From a virus, in the IMG/VR virus record IMGVR_UViG_3300040786_000030, positions 24,281 through 88,280 of that record: a stretch of DNA of 64,000 nucleotides, one strand, 5' to 3'. Position numbers and translations under genes: made by a program. Below the pieces are notes generated by a model that was not told the origin of the DNA, searched no databases, and was given only the letters and a program-made list of their open reading frames with translations. Of this stretch, positions 47,915-60,336 are shown one piece after another; the first letter of the stretch is position 1, and each line of letters begins with the position of its first letter.

Positions 47915-47941
47915 AAAAGAGGCTTCGGTCTCTTTTTTTTT
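47915..47941 (+). terminator. Intrinsic terminator with a cUUCGg tetraloop
   Basis: aaaagaggc-ttcg-gtctctttt followed by a long T run. Confidence 0.85.
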
Positions 47942-47971
47942 TGTTTTATCTAATAATCTTTAATTTACATA

Positions 47972-47978
47972 TATTTAT
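47972..47978 (+). promoter_or_regulatory. Putative late promoter core TATTTAT
   Basis: Just after the terminator, about 65 nt upstream of the ATG at 48044. Confidence 0.5.
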
Positions 47979-48043
47979 ATTATAATGGTTATATAACCAA
48001 AAAATAATAACTCTAATATAGAGATTTACAAAATACCATATAT

Positions 48044-50097
48044 ATGGCAAATAGGAATAATACCTTTTATTAAAACGTTCAAATATACCAGGAAATAAAC
48101 CATCATCTGGTCAAATACTTCTTGGTGAACTCGCTTTGAATACTTCAGATGCTATATTATATACTTCGGGTACAACAAGTAACTCTATATTACCAATTGG
48201 TTGGGACCGTATTTCTAGAACTGGTGATACCATGACTGGAACGCTTTATACACCTAATTTGATATCAAATAATTTTAGTGGTGTTAGTCTTAATACAATT
48301 GATTATATAATATTTAATACTGGTACTACAAGTGCTGCGACAGTTGCTGGTACAGTTTATTTTGATAATAAAGAAAAGCTTTATCGTATAATACATCTAT
48401 TAATCAAAATGTTACAGTAAATTTAGGTCAACAGAATTTTATTAGGGTTTTAATAATAGTGGTGTTGATATAGCTAGAGGTAAAGCGTTAGAAACATTGT
48501 CAGCATTTAGTGGTTTACCATCTGTAACACTAGCAGTAAATAAACATTTAGGTTTTAATATTATAGGTGTTTCAGCTGAGATAATACCTAATGGTAAAGA
48601 AGGTATTGCAATTACTAACGGTATTATTAGTGATATAGCTTTAACTGGTATTACAGTTGGTCAATTAGCTTATGCTTCGGATACGGTTCCTGGTTTTTTT
48701 ACTAATAGTGAAAAATATTTTTTACCCATTAACAGCCAGAACAAATAGTGTTGGTTATGTAGTTCAAACAGGTGTAACAACAGGTAAATTATTTGTTAAG
48801 ATTGTTAATGAAAACCCTTATTATCATTCACAGATATTGAAAGGAATATTTTAGAAGGTAATAATATATCAACTGGTGTGTATGAATTCAGTGGTATAAC
48901 TAAAGCTAGTAATACCACATTTAATATTGCATTGGTTAATGGTTGGGTAGCCTTAAATACTTATGCTAATGCAACAAACCCTAACACTATAAATTTAAAT
49001 TTTAGTGGTCAAACTGGGTTAACAACACCATATTTAACCACTCATAGTTCAACATTTGTATCATTAAGTAGTGGTAATACGATAACTTTATCACCAAATT
49101 CACCAACACCACAAGAAAGAAGGTTAAGTATTTATTTGGGTAAAGTTATACACCCAAATAGACAAATAATTCAAAACGTAAATAACGTTACCGATTTTGA
49201 TATTAGCCCTATGTCAACGATTAGAGATTTATTTACACCAATAAAACTAATAAATACTGGTGTTATAATTACATCTAATGGTAGTAATTTATCGATTAAT
49301 CAAAGTAGTGGTAATCTTTGGGGTTATGGTATCGGTTGGTTTACTGACCAGTTAAACCCTAATATGGTTTTGATTCCAAGTAACATACTAAAAACGTTTC
49401 AATATAGAACACAAACGGGTGGTACATTTTCAGACACAACTGTTATTGATAATTTATATTATGATGTTGGTGGTGTCAGAACTATTATACCTGGTAATAC
49501 TGGTAGTCAATTTGGTAGAGCAACAAATCATCGTATTTATTTATTTCCAACAAACGTTGTTAGAATTCAATATGGTCAAAACTTTTATGAAACGCTTGGT
49601 GAAGCTATTGATAATATTCAAACCGAAAATTTTGTAGCAGAAAAAATATTAATGATAATGCTATTTTAATAGCCACTATTTCAGTTACTAGAAGTTGTAC
49701 ATCATTATCAGATTCATTAACATCTAAAATTATATATGTATCAAAATTTGGTGAACTTGTAGGTGGTGGTGGTGGGGCTTCGATAGTAGCAGTATCACAA
49801 TATAAATCATTAATATTAACAAGTGGTACTATTTATAGTTTTACCAATTTTAACCTTGTTAATACATTATCAATAAATAAAACTATTAGTTCAGCAACTA
49901 GAGTTAATTTGAACCAAACACCAAACCCTAATGATTTTTATGTCGTAAAAGATAGAAAAGGTGACGCACTTACAAATCCGATTACAATATCTGGTGGTTC
50001 ATATACTATAGATGGAAATGCAACTGTAACTATGAACCAAATAAATAACCCATCATTAACATTTTTATTTGATGGTGAACAATATATAATAATATAA
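48044..50097 (+). CDS. Tail fibre/tail protein with an Mtd_N-like N-terminus, indel-split
   Basis: LLKRSNIPGNKPSSGQILLGELALNTSDAILY; beta-rich body; C-terminal YVVKDRKGDALTNPITI...FDGEQYIII. Confidence 0.7.
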
Positions 50098-50098
50098 A

Positions 50099-53000
50099 AT
50101 GAGTTATACTCCAAATATCGAATTTTCTGGTGATGTTACATCACTTGGTAATATAACAACTATTACGTCTAATAAAGTTAGTGATACTATGCTTTCTAAT
50201 GTTAATAATTTAACCTTTAAAGGTCGAATTTCTCCACTTTCAGGTTCTAGTGAAAACTTAACTGTTTCGCAAGCAACATCTATGTTAAATGTTTTCGTAG
50301 GTGATACGGGTTCTGGTAGTCTAAAAGGTCTAGTACCAGCAACTATTTCAGGTGATGGTGTGAAATATCTTAAAGGTGATGGGACATGGGGTATTATTAG
50401 TGGCTCAACATTTGGTGGTGGAACAGTAACTGGGCCTACACAATTTACTAATGGTTTAACAGCAAATACTATATCATCAACAAATTATTTAAATTTACCA
50501 ACTGATGTTAGTGTAACTGGTGGTACGTATTCAAACGGAACCGCTATATTCGCTAATACTACTGGTGGTACATTTAATTTAACTGGTATAACTTCTACTA
50601 ATATCCCAGTAAAATCTTTAGGTGTTGTTACATATAGTAAAATACAAGATTTTATTAACACTACTTTGTCTTCTGGTAGGATTAGTGGTGGTGAACTTGT
50701 TAATAATGGTAATGGTACTTTAAATATACTTTTAGGTTCTGGGATGATTAAAACTAGTGATATTATTGGTGAGACCGTATTTTTTAATTGGCCAACAACA
50801 AATAATATAACACCAGTTAATAATGAAACATCTTACGTGTATGTTGATTATAATGGTGGTGTTCCAAGTATTTTATAACAACTAATTTTTTATTAATAAC
50901 ACAAACAACTCAGTTTGTTTTAGCTTCAATTTATAGACAAGATGATGTAATTTATACAGCTCAAACTGGTACTGAAATAAGTAATTTATCTAGAAAATAC
51001 AAGAAGAATAACTGAAGCTTTTGGTTTTCAAAGAACTTCTGGTATTATCACGAGTGAATCTGGTGTTAGAGGTCTTAGAGTTTCTACTGGTATTATATGG
51101 GCTGGTTTAAATAGAAATGTGTTTCCAACTTTTAACACATCGTCTGGTAATACTTTTTCAATATTTTATAGAGATGGTGGAGCTGGGTTTACGGAAACTC
51201 AGAATAATGTACAATTAAATAATTTATTTTATGATGATGGTAGTGGAATTCCAGCTATTGTATCTAATAGTAGATACGCATCTTATTTTATATTTGCATC
51301 ACCTGGTGGTAAGGTTGTTGCTCTAATGGGTCAAACGAATGCTAACCTTAGTTCGACACAAGCTAGTTTTATACCTAGTAATTTACCAAAAATAATGTCT
51401 GATTTTAGTTTATTTATAGCTAAAGTAATTCTAGATAAGGGTGATTTGACAAAATTTACAGAGATTCAATTACCATATGATACTTTGATTTCTCAAAGTA
51501 CTGCTAATGAACATAATCAATTAGCTAATATACAAGGTGGTACAGTAAATGAATATTACCATATAACATCTAATGATTATAATAATGTTGTTAATTTAAC
51601 AACATTATTAAATCAAAACTAATTTAACTGGTGCTACATTTACTGGGAGTTTAACAGCAAATACAATATCAGCGACAACTTATTTTAATTTACCGATAAC
51701 AATTGAAAATACTTCAAACTTATTTTCAACTAGTTTAAATGCTGGTAGTGGTGCAACATTTGCTAGTGATTCAAATTTCTTTGGTCAAAATGCTGGTTAT
51801 GGGGCAACAGGTGCTTCTAATTCAAATTTCTTTGGTAAAATGCTGGTTATGGGGCAACAGGTGCTAAATTCTCAAATTTCTTGGGCCGACAAGCTGGTTA
51901 TAGCGCAACAACCGCAAATAACTCAAATTTTTTTAGGTGATAACGCTGGTTTTCAAGCAACAAATGCTGAATCATCAAATTTTGGGTTATCAAGCTGGGC
52001 GAAATGCGATAAATGCTTATCAGTCAAATTTCATGGGTTATCAAGCTGGTTATAGCGCAACAGGTGCTTTTGATTCAAATTTCTTTGGGGCTTCTGCTGG
52101 TTATGAAGCAACAAATGCAAGTTTTCAAATTTCATTGGTCCTTACGCTGGTCAAAACGCAACAAACGCTGGTCAATCAAATTTCTTGGGTTATCAAGCTG
52201 GTTATAGTGCAACATCGGCAAATAATTCAAATTTATTTGGGTATAACGCTGGTTCTAGCGCAACAAATGCTAGTAATTCAAATTTCTTTGGGGCTTCTGC
52301 TGGTAATGAAGCAACAAATGCTGAATCATCAAATTTCTTTGGACAACTAGCTGGTAACCAAGCAACAGATGCATATCAATCAAACTTCTTTGGTAATAAT
52401 GCTGGTAATGGTGCAACAAGTGCAAATGGTTCAAATTTCATTGGTCCTTACGCTGGTCAAGGTTCGACATTTGCTAATAACTCAAATTTCTTTGGTAATC
52501 AAGCTGGTTATCAAGCATCAGATGCTTCTTTTCAAATTTCTTGGGCCGACAAGCTGGTTATAGCGCAACAAGTGCTGGTGGTTCAAATTTCTTGGGCCGA
52601 CAAGCTGGTTATAGCGCAACAAGTGCTTATAACTCAAATTTTTAGGTGATAACGCTGGTTTTCAAGCAACAAATGCTGATAGTTCAAATTTCTTTGGACA
52701 ACTAGCTGGTAGCCAAGCAACAAATGCTAGTGGTTCAAATTTCTTTGGTATTACTGCTGGTATAAACGCAACAAATGCTTTTCACTCAAATTTCTTTGGG
52801 TTCCAAGTTGGTAATGGCGCAACAAATGCATATCAATCAAATTTCTTTGGTTATCAAGCTGGTAATGGCGCAATAGGTGCTAGTTATTCAAATTTCTTTG
52901 GACAACTAGCTGGTAACCAAGCAACAGATGCATATCAATCAAACTTCTTTGGTAATAATGCTGGTAATGGTGCAACAAATGCTTTCAACTCAAATTTTAT

Positions 53001-54403
53001 TGGTCAAGAGGCTGGTTTTGGTGCGGACAATGGAAGTTCTTCAAATTACTTAGGTTATCAAGCTGGTTATAACGCATCACAATCTTATTCTTCAAATTTC
53101 TTTGGTACTCAAGCTGGTATTAATACTACATTTGCTAATAACTCAAATTTCTTTGGTGACAACGCTGGTAATAATGCGGCAAGTGCTAATAACTCAAATT
53201 TTTGATTACAAGCTGGTAGTCAAGCAACATTTGCTAGTAATTCAAATTTCTTGGGTCAAAATGCTGGTAGTGGCGCAACAAACGCAAGAAACTCAAATTT
53301 CTTGGGTTTAAACTCTGGTTATCAAGCATCAACCGCAAATAACTCAAATTTCTTTGGGGTTTCTGCTGGTTATAAAGCAACATCGGCAAATAATTCAACG
53401 TTGATTGGTTTTAATGTTGGTAATGCTAACGTTTTATCATCTATTGGTCCCAATAATATAATAATTGGTACTAATATAAGTTTATCAGCTGGAACAACAA
53501 ATAGTATAAATTTAGGTGGTGTTTTATTTGCAAGGAACACATATTCAGCAACTACTGGAAATCAAGTATTCTCCCACAAACAAATGGTAGAATTGGTGTT
53601 AATGTGGTTAATCCAACGCAAACATTTGAGGTTAGTGGTACTACTATATTATATGGTGGTTTAACAGCAAATACAATATCAGCAACAACATATTTAAACT
53701 TACCATCAAGTGCTGGTGGTTCTGATATTAGAGTTACTGGTGGAACATATTCAAATGGAACTGCTCTATTTACCAATAATACTGGTGGTACATTCAACGT
53801 AACTGGATTTAGTACTGGTAGTACTTCTACTAATACCACCTTTACAGGTGGTACTGTAACTGGTAATACAGTATTTACTAATGGGGTTACAGCAAATACT
53901 GTATCAGCAACAACTTATTTTAATTTACCAACTGATATTAGAGTAACTGGTGGAACATATACAAATGGGACAGCTCTATTTACCAATAATACTGGTGGTA
54001 CATTCAACGTAACTGGATTTAGTACTGGTAGTACTTCTACTAATAATACATTTACAGGTGGTACTGTAACTGGTGCCACGCAATTTACTAATGGTATTAC
54101 TGCGAATACAATATCAGCAACAACTTATTTTAATTTACCAACTGATATTAGAGTAACTGGTGGAACATATACAAATGGAACCGCTGTATTCAGTAATAAT
54201 ACTGGTGGGTAACTGGTTTTAGTACTGGAACATCTACTAATAATACATTTACAGGTGGTACTGTAACTGGTGCTACACAATTTACTAATGGGGTTACTGC
54301 AAATACTATCTCAACTACAACAATATCAGCAACAACTTACCTTAATTTACCTTCCAGTGGTGGAGGGTTATCTTTGCTCAAATATATTCAATAACAACAT
54401 TAA
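50099..54403 (+). CDS. Tail fibre/adhesin 2 (about 1400 aa) with a 14-aa repeat array and 70-aa C-terminal repeats, indel-split
   Basis: FSGDVTS, KYLKGDGTW, EHNQLANIQGG...EYYHIT; a SNFFG repeat array; three 210-bp repeats near 53680-54330. Confidence 0.72.
51735..53400 (+). repeat. 42-bp coding repeat array 2
   Basis: Same consensus as array 1; contains an identical 91-bp block at 52329 and 52888. Confidence 0.92.
53680..54330 (+). repeat. 210-bp coding repeat x3 (TANTxSATTYxNLPTDIRVTGGTYxNGTAxFxNNTGGTFNVTGFSTG...)
   Basis: aataatactggtgg at 53776, 53986 and 54196. Confidence 0.9.
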
Positions 54404-54414
54404 ATTTATAAATT

Positions 54415-55624
54415 ATGATTTTTTTAAACACAATAAATGAAACATTAGAACTTAAAACTAGTTCTACAGCTGACATCGATTTCCAAATTAATTATGTGGA
54501 TATAATTCCAGCTTCATCGGCAACGCCTGGTAGTAATCAAGGTAAGTCAACTATTATTGGTACAATAATACTATTATCCGCACCTTCTTCAACTATTTCA
54601 AGACAAATTAAATCTGTATTTATTAGAAATAGAAATACGACAACATCAAATACCGTATCTATAATTAAAGACGTATCAGGTGTTGAATATTTATTAACTG
54701 GTGATATTTTATTACAAGCTGGTGCTACTATCACATATGAAAGTAATATAGGTTGGAGTCTTGGTACTATCTTAATAAATACACTTACTAATGATTACCA
54801 TACCGCTTATCAAGACTGGCAAGCGATTATTGACCCTGTAGCTCCAGCTGCTGGTGATTTAAGGGTTTACGCAAAACCAGTATCTGGTAGAATGTTACCA
54901 AAATGGAAAGGTCCATCAGGTCTTGACACGCCATTTCAACCAGCTTTTTGGTAATAATATTGTAATGTGGAATCCAGGATTAACTTCTGGAGCTATGATT
55001 GGTGGCGTACAAGCAGTTATAACTGCTGGTGTATCTACACTACCCAGTATTACTAGCAGATACTCTTCTTTGCGTAGAAGTGTTTTTACTTCAGCGACTG
55101 GGGTAAATACAATGAATAGTCTTAGAAGTGAAGCAGCTTTTTAGAGGCTCTACTACTGGTGCTGGTGGTTTCTTTTCTTTTGTAGATTTGGTTTTACAAC
55201 TTGGACAATGGGTGATAGATTATTTGTTGGAATGTGTGTCGATACTACAGCTTTATTAACCGCTGACCCATCCGCTAAATTTAATACTTTAGGGTTTGGT
55301 GTTGATGCTGCTGATATCGCTATTTCATTTATGCATAATGATAGTGTTGGTATAGCAACTAAAGACGCAATTGCTGGTCAACCAGCTTTATCTAGTAATA
55401 ACGCATATGATGCTTATATTTTTTGTAGACCTAATGATACTACAGTTTTATAGATTAGATGACGTAACAGGTGGTACGACACTTATAGATACATCTACAA
55501 GTGTTGACCTTCAATATCTACGACTATGTTAATTGCAACTTGTGGTATTGGGAGTGGATTAAATGCTACAGCTGGTGCTGCAGCTATTGGTTTAAATAGA
55601 ATGTATATAGAGTCTGATTATTAA
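54415..55624 (+). CDS. Putative tail/virion protein, indel-split
   Basis: RQIKSVFIRN, RMLPKWKGPSGLDTPFQP, FFFCRFG, LGFGVDAAD; beta-sandwich-like C-terminus. Confidence 0.55.
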
Positions 55625-55665
55625 AAATAGAATTAAAATAATTTACATTAATAAATAAAAACAAT

Positions 55666-56134
55666 ATGTTTGGAGTAAAAACACTTTTTCTTACAAGATT
55701 CAATTATATTAGCTAATAAACGAAACCAATTAATTTTTTATTAAAAGATATTTGGGATAGAAATAACATAGTAACTTCTTTTATTTAGAAGCTTATGATT
55801 TCTTTTGTATTAACCCAAAAGAATTTGATGGTGCGACAATAGTTAAAGATTTAAAAGTATACCTAATCTTGATATTCACGCTATGATTCATGATTATTTA
55901 TATATAAAATATAAAGTATCTGTTAATTTTAAATATAAATGGTATGCAGATTTAATCTACGCAAAAGAAATGGAGTTAATGGGTGCGTCAGCTTATTCAA
56001 CATGGAGTAGGTTTATAGGGTTAACAATATTTGGTGGGTTATTCTTTACACCAATAATGTATTTTTCTGGTAATAGAATGTCTAGAGATAAAAGAGTAGT
56101 TTTAAAACTTTATACTTTTTTAAGTCATAATTAG
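55666..56134 (+). CDS. DUF1353-like protein with a C-terminal hydrophobic segment, indel-split
   Basis: FDGAT...AMIHDYLY...ADLIY pattern; C-terminal FIGLTIFGGLFF. Confidence 0.45.
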
Positions 56135-56279
56135 TCTTCATCATATATACCTTTTTTGGTAAGCACTTATCATTAATAAGTTTTCAACAAATGAAAACAT
56201 CTTTAACCCATTTTCTTCACAATATTTTTAAGTGTAGAATGGGTTTTGTTGTTATTTTAATATTCTTATCTCGTTTCAT
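56131..56279 (-). CDS. Small ribbon-helix-helix (CopG/Arc-like) DNA-binding protein (not in the ORF track)
   Basis: Reconstructed MKRDKNIKIT..THSTLKKYCEENGLKMFSFVEKLINDKC: an alternating beta ribbon followed by two helices; contains indels. Confidence 0.6.
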
Positions 56280-56293
56280 TATAGTGTTTACGT

Positions 56294-56340
56294 ATAAATA
56301 TAGTAAAGTATGAAAAAAGTATGATAGAATACATACTTTT
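56294..56340. promoter_or_regulatory. TATTTAT promoter (minus) plus three AAAGTATG boxes (candidate RHH operator)
   Basis: ATAAATA at 56294-56300; AAAGTATG at 56305 and 56316 (11-bp spacing); inverted CATACTTTT at 56332-56340. Confidence 0.55.
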
Positions 56341-56382
56341 AAAATTAAATTTTATTAAGTCTCTACTTTGTAAAAAACTGAA

Positions 56383-56389
56383 TATTTAT
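56383..56389 (+). promoter_or_regulatory. Putative late promoter core TATTTAT (sheath)
   Basis: 45 nt upstream of the ATG at 56434. Confidence 0.6.
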
Positions 56390-56433
56390 AATAAAGAAAA
56401 GAATAAAGTAAATAAATAAAAAAAAGAAATAAT

Positions 56434-59269
56434 ATGTCACAAAATGTATTCGTTAGTCCTGGTGTTTATACTTCAGAAAAAGACATTTCATTCATAACAC
56501 GTCAAGTAGGTGTAACCGCACTTGGGTTAGTTGGTGAAACAACTATTGGTCCAGCTTTCCAGCCAATATTTATAACAAATTATGGTGAGTTTCAGTCATT
56601 CTTTGGTGGTTTAAATGCTACTAAAAAGATACTGGTGCTCCACAATATGAATTACCATATATTGCAAAATCATATTTATCACAAGCTAATCAATTATTTG
56701 TAACTAGAGTTTTAGGGTTTTCTGGTTTCAAAGCTGGCGAAGCTTGGGAATAACATTGATGCAGCTATTGACCCTGAAACAGAGGTTGTAACACAAACAG
56801 CTACAAATGTACCAACATTATTTACATTTCAATCAACAACTGGTGCAACAGGTAGTGTAACTAGTTTAACTTCAAGTAATCCAAGAATTCAAACATTATT
56901 TAATGCTGGTATATTAGACACAGCATTAACTGGGTTAAATCTTGCAACTGTAGGTATGACTGGAACTACAGGTACAGAACCATTATATTATAAAATAGCT
57001 AGTAATTTTAGTGGTATTAGTTTTACTTTTAGAGTTGGTTCAGTTGGTACTAGCGGTACTTTATTAACTGGTTCTACTAGTGGTGTAACAATTCAATACA
57101 GTGGAACATCATATACTGATTGTGAGAATCAATTAGTTGCTTTAATTCGTTCTAGAGGTACAATTAACTCTTCAACTGAATTACCAGCATTTGAGGTAAC
57201 TGGTTCGACTGGTGTTGCTTTTGACCCATCTTATTTAGATGCGACTATGGACGCTAAAGGTGATTTTCACTTAGTGGTAACTCAACACTACAGGGTTTAT
57301 TCGATTATAACTTATCATTAGATTCAACAAAAATGAATTATATGCCTAGAGTATTAGGTGTTAGTGCACAAGATGGTAAAACAGCTTTATTCGTAGAAGA
57401 ATTATATGGTAATTTATTTAATGATTTATATACTGCTGGTAAAATTATCGGTGTAAAACAAACATTAGTAAAATACGGTAAAACATTTGAAGAATATCGT
57501 ACTCAATATCAATCAGCTGAAACTCCTTATGTTGTTTCAGAATTACGTGGTAATAAAGTATTAAGATTATTTAAATTTATAACTATTTCTGATGGTAACG
57601 CAGCAAATGAACAATTTAAAATATCAATCATTAATATTAAACCAGATGCTAGAGAATTTGATGTTTTAGTACGTAGTTTTTATGATACCGATGCACAGCC
57701 AGTAATATTAGAAAGTTATAGCCGTTGTACTATGGACCCTACTTCAGATAAATTTATTGGTAGAAGAATTGGTACTGTTGATGGTTTATATGTTTCTAAA
57801 TCATCTTACATTGTAGTTGAATTAGACGAGTCTTCAGATACTAGCGGTGCATTTCCAGCTGGTTTTGTTGGTCTACCAGTTAGAGATTATAAATCAAATA
57901 GTAACACAACAGTTATTGAACCATCATTAACTTATAAAAGACATATGGTGCATTTGAGAATAAACGTAAATATTATTTAGGTCTTTCAAATACTCAAGGT
58001 ATTGATGCTGACTTTTTGATTATAAAGGTATGCCATCTAATCTATCTTATGATAGTTGGACAGGTTTAACTAAAGGTTTCCACATGGATATTGATGCTTC
58101 TGGTGTTACTATTGATAACGTGGTTTTACCATTAGGTACTGGTGGTACTTACAACCCAATATTTGAGTTTGAAACGGGTAATGCTCAATTTAGAACAGAT
58201 AATGGATTAACTGGTACTGATTATGAAAAAATTTATGCTCGTAAATTTACATTCACTTTTATGGTGGTTTTGATGGGTGGGATGTTTATCGTACAAGTAG
58301 AACAAATAAAGATACATACATAGTTAATGGTGCAAAGGGTATTAGTGGTAGAATTTCTGGTGCTTTTCTTATAAAACATTAACAAACGGTGATATTGGTA
58401 TAAATTCAGATTACTACGCTTATTTAGAAGCTATCTATACATTCAAAACCCAGAAGCGGTAAATATTAATGTATTTGCAACGCCTGGAATTGATAATGTT
58501 GATAACACTAACTTGATTGAAGCTGCAATAGAAATGGTAGAACAAGATAGAGCAGATTCACTTTATATTATGACAACACCAGATGTAAATAGTGGTGGTG
58601 ATATTATGAGTGTCGAAGACGTTGTTGGTTTATTAGATGGTGGTTTTGATAGTAATTATTCTGCAACATATTGGCCTTGGGTACAAATAAACGATACTGA
58701 AAATAATGTATTAATTTATGTTCCACCAACAAGAGATGTTGTTAGAAATATAGCATTCACAGATAATATCGCATTCCCATGGTTTGCAGCGGCTGGTATA
58801 AATAGAGGTGATGTTGACGCAATTAAAGCTAGAAAAAATTAACACTAGCTGAGAGAGATGTTCTTTATGAAAATAGAATTAACCCTGTTGCAACATTTAC
58901 ATCTGATGGTATAAAATATGGGGTAATAAAACACTTCAAGTTAAAGAATCAGCACTTAACAGAATTAATGTTAGAAGATTATTATTACAATCAAGAAAAC
59001 TTATATCTGCAGTTTCTATCAGATTATTATTTGAACAAAATGATTCAGTTGTTAGAAACCAATTCTTAGGACTTGTTAACCCGATATTAGAAAATATCAG
59101 AAGTGAAAGAGGTCTTACTGACTTTAGAGTACAACTTTCAAATAGCCCAGAAGATATTGATAGAAATCAATTAACTGGTCAAATATTCTTGAAACCAACA
59201 CGTGCTCTTGAATTTATTAAATTAGAATTTGTAATTATGAATACTGGAGCTTCGTTCTCTAACATTTAA
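56434..59269 (+). CDS. gp18: Tail sheath protein (T4 gp18-like), indel-split
   Basis: FVSPGVYTSEKD, VGETTIGPAFQP, YSATYWPWV, YVPPT, FPWFAAAGINRG, LYENRINP, IWGNKTLQ, RINVRRLL, IFLKPT. Confidence 0.95.
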
Positions 59270-59288
59270 TAGAATATAATAAATAATT

Positions 59289-59312
59289 AAACCTCTATTT
59301 TTAGAGGTTTTT
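59289..59312 (+). terminator. Intrinsic terminator after the sheath gene
   Basis: aaacctcta-tttt-tagaggtttttt. Confidence 0.8.
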
Positions 59313-59326
59313 TATTTTATTAGATA

Positions 59327-59333
59327 TATTTAT
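59327..59333 (+). promoter_or_regulatory. Putative late promoter core TATTTAT
   Basis: 15 nt upstream of the ATG at 59348. Confidence 0.55.
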
Positions 59334-59347
59334 AATAAACCAATGAT

Positions 59348-59740
59348 ATGACTAAAATTAGAATAACAGAAAAACAATATGAGGTGATTCTTTCATATAA
59401 ATCTTTATTGAAAGAGGGTGATGATGCGATTAAAACTGATTTAAAGGTTATTTTAGCTATTAGTGTGTTAATTGGGTTGAATATTACTGGCCATAATAAA
59501 ATAATGGCTGATATGGCTTTTAAAGACAAAACAATATTTACTAAAATAAAAGAAACGTTAGAATCTAAAGATGATTTAGAAGAATTAGTAAAAGCTTTAG
59601 AGATAAAGGGACTTAAGAAACCAGAAAAAAATTAAAAGATGTTATGGGTTCACTTATTAGTAAATTCAATACTTTATCAAATGAAAATGGTTTTAATATC
59701 AAATTATCACCAACTGCTATGGTAAATTTAAATAATCTAG
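59348..59740 (+). CDS. Hypothetical protein (putative internal head protein), indel-split
   Basis: N-terminal MTKIRITEKQYEVIL...LLKE leader. Confidence 0.5.
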
Positions 59741-59787
59741 ATTCAGAATAAAAATAAAATAAATTATTTATAAAAAAAAAATATGAA

Positions 59788-59794
59788 TATTTAT
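59788..59794 (+). promoter_or_regulatory. Putative late promoter core TATTTAT (tube)
   Basis: 36 nt upstream of the ATG at 59830; a second copy lies at 59765. Confidence 0.55.
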
Positions 59795-59829
59795 AAATAA
59801 TAATAACAATAAATTAAAACAAAAACAAC

Positions 59830-60317
59830 ATGGCTGATTTACTAATGAAAATGCCCTTACCATACGAACCTAAAAAGAAAAATCGTTGGTTAATTACATT
59901 CCCAGCTGATTTAGGTATCCAACAATGGTGGTTATCAACAGCTTCAAGACCTTCTATAACACAAAATGAAGTCGAAATTCAATTTTAAATACATCTACAT
60001 GGGTTTTAGGTAGATTTACTTGGGAATCAATCGATGTGGTATTCCGTGACCCTATTGGACCATCAGCAACACAAGCTATTATGGAATGGGTACGTTTACA
60101 TTCTGAGTCTATTACTGGTCGTCAAGGTTATGCTGCTGGTTATAAAAGACCTGTTGAACTTGAAATGCTTGACCCTACTGGTGTTGTAGTTGAGAAATGG
60201 TTATTAGATGGAACTATGTTAACTAACGTTGGTTTTGGTGATTTAGCTATGGATGATGATAGTATTGCTGAAGTTACAACAACACTTAGATTTGATAGAG
60301 CTATTCTACTTTTCTAA
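59830..60317 (+). CDS. gp19: Tail tube protein (T4 gp19-like), one indel
   Basis: YEPKKKNRW...ASRPSIT...GRFTWESIDVVFRDPIGPS...WLLDG...TLRFDRA. Confidence 0.9.
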
Positions 60318-60336
60318 AATTTAAATTTAAAAAAAT

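Noticed and set aside
33275-53400. The 42-bp periodic arrays as CRISPR repeat-spacer arrays
   Set aside because: The conserved part is only about 12-15 nt, variation is codon-structured, units translate to a coherent 14-aa repeat inside fibre genes, and no cas genes are present.
33191-53618. The two adhesin cassettes as a DGR template/variable repeat pair
   Set aside because: There is no reverse transcriptase in the window, the differences are not adenine-specific, and both copies are protein-coding parts of fibre genes.
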